A stretch of DNA of 64,000 nucleotides. Origin: the human T2T-CHM13v2.0 reference genome, Homo sapiens. The notes beneath the pieces were generated by a model. The model searched no databases. It was not told where the DNA came from and saw nothing but the letters and a program-made list of their open reading frames with translations. The stretch lies in assembly GCF_009914755.1 (NCBI RefSeq), contig NC_060939.1. The stretch is one strand, 5' to 3'. How positions within the stretch are numbered: position 1 is the stretch's first letter; each line of letters opens with the position of its first letter. The position numbers and the translations under genes are program-made. Below are positions 55,043-64,000 of this stretch, piece after piece.

Positions 55043-55581
55043 TTAGCAACTTCTTCAACTATTGACTGATACTAAATTTTGAATTGGCCTAAACCCCTTT
55101 GAATGGTGGCCTCGGTTGGCTATGACATCCACATTTTGCCACAAGAAAAATCAGATTTTTGTACTCAATTAAGAGTACATTATTTCATGTGTACATTTTG
55201 TTTTATTAGTTTTCTGCCATCATTCTGGCTTGTTGAGATTATTTTGGCTTTTGTTTCTGGCACCTGCAGTAGCCTCTAAGGGTTTCAGCATCATATTAGT
55301 GGCAAATTTGGAAGGTCAGAATTACCCATCCTCATTTTGATCACTGAAAAAAGAAAACTGAATGCCAAGGCCAGAACCTTGGGGCAGATCAGGAGATATT
55401 TTCCAACAGCTGGCATTATCCCATTAGTCAGAACTCTATGGGAAGGGCCCTTAACACACCTTTTAGTGCTTTATCATTATTTGGGAAGAAATACATGCTC
55501 ATTATAGAAAATTTACAAGATATAGGAAAATATGAAAGAAAAAATAAAATCCTCCCTCCAGAAAAGACACTGTTAACATTT

Positions 55582-55880
55582 TCCTTTTTTTTTCCCCCAG
55601 ACAGAGTCTCGCTCTGTCACCCAGGCTAGAGTGTAGTGGTACAATCTTAGCTCACTGCAACCTCTGCCTCCTGGGTTCAAGTAATTTTCGTGCCTCAGCC
55701 TCTCAAGCAGCTGGGACTAGAGGTGCATACAACCATGCCTGGCTAATTTTTTGTATTTTTACTAGACATGGGGTTTCACCATGTTGGCCAGGCTGGTCTC
55801 GAACTCCTGACCTAAAGTGATCCTCCTGCCTCGGCCTCCCAAAGTGCTGGGATTGCAGGTGTGAGCCACTGCACCCAGAT
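55582..55880 (-). mobile_element. Alu (AluS-type)
   Basis: TSD gacactgttaacattt/gacactgttatcattt. Confidence 0.95.
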
Positions 55881-55920
55881 GACACTGTTATCATTTCAGT
55901 GTCTTCTTCATAATATGTAC

Positions 55921-56210
55921 CAGCATTGTCTAACACACTAACTAGTAGCCATGTGTGGCTATTAAGCTCTTGAAAACATGGCTTGTCAAAATTGAGATAT
56001 GCTATAAATGCAAAATACACACTGGAGTTTGAAGATTTAGCATGAAAAAATGTAAAATAGCTCAAAAATATTATATTGATTCCATGTTGAAACAATAATA
56101 AATTACATTATTAAAATTAACCTGAGTTGTTTCTTTTTACTTTTTAAATGTGGCTGCTAGAAAAATTAAAATTACATGTGTGGCTCATATTATATTTCGT
56201 TTGGACACAC
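55921..56210 (+). mobile_element. MER33 (hAT-Charlie)
   Basis: tagccatgtgtggctattaagc...aaaatacacactggagtttgaagatttag...aatgtggctgctagaaaaattaaaattacatgtgtggctc. Confidence 0.8.
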
Positions 56211-56339
56211 ACTCATTCTCTATTGTCTATACATTAGACCTTCAGGGTTTGTCTATATCTCAGTGATCCTGAAGGCCCTTGACATGGATGGGAGCATCTA
56301 TGTGCTTATTTAGGTATGTGTCTGTGCCTCAGGGAGCAA

Positions 56340-56841
56340 TGTAAAAAAAAAAATCAAACCCCACCCCCCAAGGAAGAACCTCCCCACCATCGTAGTCTGT
56401 GTGACTCTGGTAGAGCTGAATCCACACCTGGCTCACAAGTCATCCATACCTGGCCAATTGGCATAGTCCACTCTCCAATCAGCACTGGGCGTGTGACCAA
56501 AGTGGGTTAATTACAGCCGGTTCTTGGACTTCACCAACTGCTGGAGAAGAGACATGCTTTTTCTACTGTGGTAGCCTACAGAATAAAAGTCTGCATCTGC
56601 TGCTGACCATTGCTAACCACACATGGAGGGTGGCTGCCTAAGAAAGAAGCCAACAGAGAGGGAAGCAGGGCAAGAGATGGAAGGGGACAGACCACCTTGT
56701 CTGGGCACCTGGATACAGCTCTGCCTGAGGCTGGAAGTCTCTGGACTTTTCATTATAAGAATCAACATATTCTACTTTCTGCCATTTTCCACCCATAATT
56801 TCATTTCTGTCGCTTGCAACCAGAAGAGTCCTGACTAGTAC
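56340..56841 (+). mobile_element. Old ERVL/MaLR LTR (LTR33/MLT1K-like)
   Basis: gcacctggatacagctctgcctgagg...ctggacttttca ... tttctgtcgcttgcaaccagaagagtcctgactagtaca. Confidence 0.65.
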
Positions 56842-59614
56842 ATACACTATGAGGCATTTGTGTGAGACCAAATGTTTTAGCTGGTAAGAGAGCATGGCAA
56901 TGGCCCAGCATCTGTAGGTCATTGACATTGACTCTCTTTACTCATTTTGCTCATGCTGCTAACTGCTCAGAAGTAACAAAGACGTCATTTCCTGGTAATT
57001 GTTCCCTCCCCATACACCTGACCCAAACCAATTGCTACACTGATGACATGAGTGAGGAAAAGGTAAAGTGTTCTAATGTTGTATTATATCTTTATGCAGT
57101 TATTAAATATTATCAGCAGAGATGGAAGCTACTGAAGATATTAGGCCATGTCCCTCAACCAAGTTAAGGGTCCACTTTACCATTACTTGTTTCTATTTGT
57201 ACCCATATGCATATTATATCCATATTATCATGTCTAGATCTATTTGAGGCATGTTGTCTGTAAAGGATATTTATGAATTTTTAATTCACAGTTGTATTAT
57301 GAACATTTTCCCATATCAAAAACATTTGAAAATGTAATTTGTAATGACTGATGCTATTCAATTATGTTAACCTAGTAACATTTCTCCTCCTTCAGTAGAT
57401 TTTGGAAGAGTATTTCTTAATATCCAGTTGAATTTTTAATTGTACATTTTATAGTTTCATTGCATCAAGAGTGTTAAGTGTGGCTCCTGTGATTCCTACT
57501 TTTTGGATCTTAAAGTTTAAGATGAATTTTTACAACTGATTGTAACTTGAAAATATGGATGTTATCCTGCAAAGTACAAAGTTTGGTATGTATATTTGTC
57601 TACTTGCACACACAGACATAGAGATCTGTTGATTCAATAATTATTTCAACTCCTTAAAGTCTCTTATTTAGTGGTCGTATCTGTAATGCATCGGGAGTGC
57701 TGCGTTAAAATCTCACAGTATTAAGGGCAGTGCCAATGCGTAGCTTTGGGAAGGGCTTTTATTCCTTTCTATCCTCTATCAGCCACTGACTTCCGAAATT
57801 CCAAAGAAACGTACAACCTAAATAAAAAACCTGCTTTGCTGTGCACATACAGCTTCAAGATAAGTCCCCCAGGCTCTTCTTCCAACTATAATGCTACTGT
57901 CAAAACCCTTCTTTATGGATAATCTGAAGCCCATTGCAATTGTGATTCTGCAAATTGTTGAAAAATCATTGAAGAAATAGCTATTGAACACCTGCTATAT
58001 TTTAGCCAATGGACAAGATTTAATTCCTCTTTATTTGCCAAATAAATTTAGCTTTATATATTTTTTGTCATTTTGCATATAGTTTCATGACTATGTCCTT
58101 TGTTGTTCATTATACCTCTCAATTTAAGTGGCTTTCCACCTCCTCAATTAATTGTACCAGTTATCAATATTATTGATATTATTATTAAATATAAAATATT
58201 AGTTTTTTCCTCTGAACTCCCAATATATTCTTCATCATTCTGCTTTATGTTATGAGAAGACCCTGTCAACATCTGTAGGTAATATGTATTTGGTGCTGCT
58301 GTTTTAATGAAAAATTTTTCCATCTTTATTAAACATCCTGCCGCGTACTCAGCGGTTTTCCTTTCAGCAACACAGCCGATATGATCTGACTCCATTCAAA
58401 GCCCTTGCTGTCACTGTAATACCCTTGGTATTCACTAACTGGAGCCTTCTACTGAATAAGTAACCAACAAATATTTATTGAGGTCCTTACATGTGCAGAG
58501 CACTATTTGGGGGAAACGCGGGACATGATATAAATTCATTGATTCTCAAGGATTTACTATCTGCCAGCCTCTAACCTTGGTATTGTGGATACCAAGGTGA
58601 AGACAGGCATGCTACTTTGAGGATCTGAGGGAAGGGTGAGGACAGGAACTAAACTCCCCACAGGCTCTCTTGTCACCAGGAGAACAAAGAATGATGAGGA
58701 TGGAAAGGGAAAAGGGAAGGCTTTCCTGTTGCAGGGAGCTTCTCAGCCTGCCTGTGGCCTTTGAGGGTGGGGATGGCTCCTCATCTCTGGGGTCTTGGTG
58801 GCCAGCACAGAGCTCAGCAGGAAGCAGATCCTTGGTATTGTTACCATATCAGGCCAGAAACGAAAGTGTCACATGGTGAACCGAATGCCTCTTGCTGGGC
58901 AAGTGGGACTTGGACCCTTCTAAGAGAAGTACGAGGGACATCCAGGTGGGACACACCCCACTGCGTCCCCAGAGAGTACACTGCTGTATGCCAGTCTCTG
59001 GAAACTGACTGACCGAACACTGTGACCAAACAGGCAGACTCGACAGGCATACGACAGATTATGACAGGTCAAAGGTAGTGGAATGATTTGGGTTTTACAG
59101 CCTTTTATTCCTTTAGATGAGTGATTTCAAAATCAGAGGGTCATAACTTGAAAAGCGATTGAGATAGAAAATGGAAAATGTAAAAGAAATGATTTGTGCC
59201 TGAATGGGAGTGATTCATGGGCTGCTATTTAGTTTTTAATTTCCAGCAAGCTTGCCTAATCTAACTTCCTCTGCCATCAACTGAAATATTAAGTGTAATT
59301 TCATCACATTTATTCCTAGAGATATTAAATAAAATGGAGAGCTCGAGAGCACGTTAATATGCACTCAGAGTGTGGTCTGCAGTTTAATAAGCCTAATTTA
59401 AAAGTACTCAGGCCGTGGCATTTATTTTTTAATTAAGTAAAAGAAGAACTTGGATGTATTCTCTTCAGCAAATGCATGTCCTTCTTCAAATAAACCTGTA
59501 TGGTCCACTCCAGCTGTATGCTATAAAAATGCATACCTCCTAATATTTAATACTTTAGTTTCTCATTCTGTGAACAATAATACACAAAAATAAGGCTGAG
59601 AGATTGTCTAGATG

Positions 59615-59765
59615 GAAAATCACAAAATCCCTAAATGTCAGAGCTGGAAGGGGCTGAGATATCATTTCATTTCCTCCCAATACTCCCAACCCCCATTTCA
59701 CAGAGGAAGGGTTGAACCTGGATGTGAGAAGTGACTGACTCAAAGTGGACAGAATCCAGCTCTGC
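59615..59765 (-). mobile_element. MIR
   Basis: gtcagagctggaaggggctgagatatcat...ccccatttcacagaggaagg. Confidence 0.6.
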
Positions 59766-61572
59766 AAGGCCCATGCAAAATGAGAGGGGGAAAAAAAAGG
59801 GATTTGGAGAACAACAAAATTCTCAGTTCAAACGAAAGCAAGAACAAAACAGGGCTTCTAATTCAAACCCTGAAACGTTTTGTTGAAGATTAGTTGTTAG
59901 AGCAACTCAAGAAGAATTTTCTTTTAGAAATCATTGATTTCATTTGAGGCCATTTGTTTTCCTTCTTTAATGCTCTCAAGCATGAATTTAATATCTTTAC
60001 TCTAAAACAAATAGCTTCTGTAAGGCTCAAAGGACAAGGAGATATTGCAATCCACTGAGTCCAATAAGATCATTAATTATTTTGCTGACCATTAAGCACT
60101 GGTCCTCTGAGTTGATTGAAAAATTATGGGCTGCAGAACGTAATCTTCAGCACATCCTGTGTTACAGGAATCTGTTACCCATTCGCTGAGTGGATTGCCA
60201 GTCTTCAGCAGACCCTTCACCCACCTGTTCCTCAGTGTCATTTCTGAGCACTGTTTGAAACTTCATCTTTCCTTTAGCTTGTCCAGGTGCTCAGCCTTCA
60301 GGATTTGTCAGTATTTCCCGGGCTCTGGGTGTTTCTCCCTGGTCTTCACTTGGGCTCCTACTTCCTGGTCTGACATTCACTTCTGACTGTCCACACAATC
60401 CCAACAGCCCAGGCTTCAGAAGAACTTTTCCTTAAAACCCTGTGAGCACCTTAGAAGAGAAAGTCTGTCCCTCCAAGCTCCGTACCTGCCCTCCCTGACC
60501 CCAGCTCTGTTCCCAAATGACTATTACAGACATATGTAGACGGTCACAGTGAATTAGCAGGTGGGGAGTTGGGAGCGTTCTTGTGAATTGCCTCTTATTT
60601 TTTATCTTTCTACAGTACAGATATTACAATCACACCCCAGGATGCCTGATTGCTTTAGAATAGCCCACAGATAGTGGCTCCAACACTGAAAGCTTCACAA
60701 CAAGCCCTCAATCTTAAAGAAGCTCAGGGACTTTTTAGAGAGAAATAAAACAGAATCAGAGAAGAAAGACTGTCTGAGTAATCACAGGGATTCTTCCAGG
60801 AAGCACTCAGCCCCAGATACACAATTTTTCCTTCTTTAAATCAAATGAGAGAAATGTCTTCCTCCATAGAAGTAGGAATTCTAGCACAATGCAAGTGAAG
60901 ACAACCAAGACCCCATCACACTGAGTCATGAACAGCTAAGAGCAAGAGAAATTCAGCTGGGGAAACCTACACGGCCGAGGCAGTTTCTGTTCTTGGATCA
61001 GATCATACTTAGCTCATGTGCTGAGCAAAAGGCTGAGAATGCTCTGTCACCAAATGATCAGTTCTGATGCTGCCAGCCCATTAGGCCAGCTTGGGAAGCA
61101 GGAGCAGATGACGTGGGTGGAAGAAGAGTCATTCAGAACAAGGGTGATGCAATAAGCCAAGGGCCATGAACAGAGCTACTGTCTGAACCTCCCCTGGGTG
61201 AGAGGACAAGAATTCCCCAAGGAGGAGGGATTGCGAGACCAATGCTGCCGCTGTCTGGCAACAGGGCCTCCTCAAATGAATTCCACATCACCCAGCACAA
61301 GTTTAGGAATAGGCTTTATTTTGGAAAGGAGGAACTTACAAAGGTAAGATCAGTAAGAAAAGAGGCTGGACGTCCCCTCTCCTCCCAAGGCCCTGGCGGA
61401 GAGGGTTCTGGGCAGGGTGCTTTGCCAGGCACACACACACAGTGAGGTGGGGGGTGTGTTCCTCAGGCTCCTGCTGGCCTCTTGTGTAGGACATGGGCGA
61501 GCAGCCTTGGAGCAAAGGACTCACACACTGCTTTGACCAGCACTGTGGATTGGGTGTAGCTGTCAGAGGAGT

Positions 61573-61915
61573 TGTCTCAGTTCATTTGGGCTGCTGCAAC
61601 AAAATACCATAGACTGGGTGGCTTATAAACAATTGAAATTTATTTTTCACAGTTCTCTAGGCTGGGAAGTCCTAGATCAAAGTACCAGCAGATTCTACGC
61701 CTGGTGAGGGCCCCCTCCCAGGTTTGGCTGTCTTCTCGCTGTGGCCTCAGGTGGTAGAAGGGGCATGGCAGTTTTCTGAGGCTTCTTTAATAAGGGCATG
61801 AATCCCATTCATGAGAGCTCTGCCTTCCAATGTCCCCTCCTTTAAATGCCATTGCCTTGAGGACTAGGATTTAACATATGAATTTCAGAGGAGCATAAAC
61901 ATTTAGTCTACAGCA
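61573..61915 (-). mobile_element. MLT1A0-like solo LTR
   Basis: gggctgctgcaacaaaataccatagactgggtggcttataaac...ttaacatatgaattt...aaacatttagtctacagca; TSD ggagt/gcagt. Confidence 0.85.
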
Positions 61916-62109
61916 GCAGTTGTCTGGAAATGTGGCTCCTAGAACCTGGGAATCTTAGATCCCATGGAAGCTGAAGCCGCCTGTTCTGCATACAGCTCCC
62001 AGTGGACCCTGGTCCTAGTTCTGGGCAATCAGAGTGAGTCCTTGGATCATTTCCTGACCCTCCCTGTCCCTATATCAGTAAGTCAGGGTAGCCACCTAGA
62101 GTGACGGCA

Positions 62110-62668
<559 letters not shown>

Positions 62669-62959
62669 TCTTGTAAATTGTCATTTGCAATGTGTTTTAA
62701 TTCAACAAGCATTTGCTTATTATTCATTTTTGCAAATTTCATTTTTCTCCTGCAAACAGAGATACTAATCTATTCTGCGATTCCATAGGCTTGAGGGTGA
62801 GGGAGAAAGTTGGTATTGTCTAGAGCAGAGTTTGGCAAACATTTTTTGTGGTGTAACTCTTTTTTTTTTTTTAATGAAATCTTCTTCACTTGAGACTCCA
62901 ATACATAAAGCACATAAAAGTGATAAATGGGCTCTTTCATTTCCATAGTGGAAATTGAC

Positions 62960-64000
62960 TTTTTTCTCTCCCCCGTTATATAAATAATACATGTTTGTTG
63001 GGGGAAAAATAAAACAATACATAACAGTATAAAGAAAAAAGGGGGATGGGGCAAGCCCGTGAAATCAGACCTCCTGGCAGGGTCACCATTAACCCTTCCA
63101 ACCATCATGATTTTGTGTATGTCCTCATGCACACACATATCTGTGTACACACACACATAACATTTACACAAGTGGGATTGTGCTGCATTTACTGTAGACT
63201 TCATTTTAAATGCTCATTTAGGTTCTCATTTTTTTTTTGCTTGTTTCTCCCCCTCCTCTCTTCTATCTCTTCACTCACTCTCCCCACTTCTCTCTTTACA
63301 CCCCATGCCCAATATATGTTAAGAACCTAATGGGTATTTTTCCATTCTGCTCTCTATGTCTATGGTGTCTATGTCTATGTCTGTGTCTGTGTCTGTGTCT
63401 ATGTCCCTATGTCTATGTATCTATGCATCTATCTGATCTATTTACGTATACCACGAGTGTGAGTAAAATCAGATTTGAGGGATCATTGCTTTTGAAAAAC
63501 AAATGAGATAGCCTCATGCATACTACCCTGAACATTGCTGTCCTCAGTCAACATGGAAACTGATGCACAAACTCATTTGCCGCTACACAGGTATTGTATC
63601 CTGCATAGTATATTGATGCACCTTATTCAACATCCCCTTTACTGACACACATGCAAGTTGTTTCTGGTTTGGAGCCACTACAAATACACTGTAATAAACA
63701 TTCTTGTCCATAAAATTTTATGTTTTGGTGCATTTTTTTCTAAGGTTAGAATCCGAGAAGTGAGATTATAGGATCAAAGAGTATGTTTTTAGTTTTAAAA
63801 CATATAGTCAGATTGTTTTCTAATGATTTAAAACAATTCCCTGGCTTCCCTGAATGCTTACCAGAAAGATGGTTTACAATTCATTTTAATTTTCTCAGTC
63901 TGGTGGGCTGAAAATGATAATACACTATTTGTCTTGCAATTCTCTGACTTCAAAGGGTTTTGAATATCTCTTCGTAGGCTGATTAGCCATTTGGCTATGC
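62960..64000 (-). mobile_element. L1ME-type 3' fragments
   Basis: aagttgtttctggtttggagccactacaaatacactgtaataaacattcttgt...gaagtgagattataggatcaaagagtatg. Confidence 0.6.
63352..63440. repeat. (CTATGT/CTGTGT)n hexamer-like simple repeat
   Basis: ctatgtctatggtgtctatgtctatgtctgtgtctgtgtctgtgtctatgt. Confidence 0.85.

Overview
Primate (human-like) genomic DNA that looks intergenic or deep-intronic. I recognise no host protein-coding exon, RNA gene or CpG island. The window is dense in interspersed repeats: about a dozen Alus, several L1 pieces (old L1M to L1PA4-like), L2 and MIR remnants, solo LTRs (MST, THE1, MLT1, MLT2, LTR12F-like x2, MER52-like, LTR26-like, other ERV1) and DNA-transposon fossils (Tigger4b, MER5A, MER33, MER58A, MER63, MER102). 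Many boundaries can be fixed from target-site duplications (TSDs) visible in the sequence. The only ORFs with recognisable protein identity are broken L1 ORF1/ORF2 fragments. I found no evidence for a new biological system. The most unusual items are: (i) an L1 with an intact 5'UTR that stops inside ORF1, has no poly-A, yet has a perfect 12-bp TSD at an endonuclease site, consistent with internal priming; (ii) a second tail-less L1 fragment about 1 kb away; (iii) a three-layer LTR nest plus two co-oriented NF-Y-rich LTR12 promoters; (iv) a perfect 13-bp hairpin apparently created inside an L1 by template switching; (v) a tight NR5A/CRE/GATA/NBRE motif cluster; (vi) a pure (GA)47 tract. Subfamily names come from recalled consensus sequences and need RepeatMasker/Dfam confirmation.
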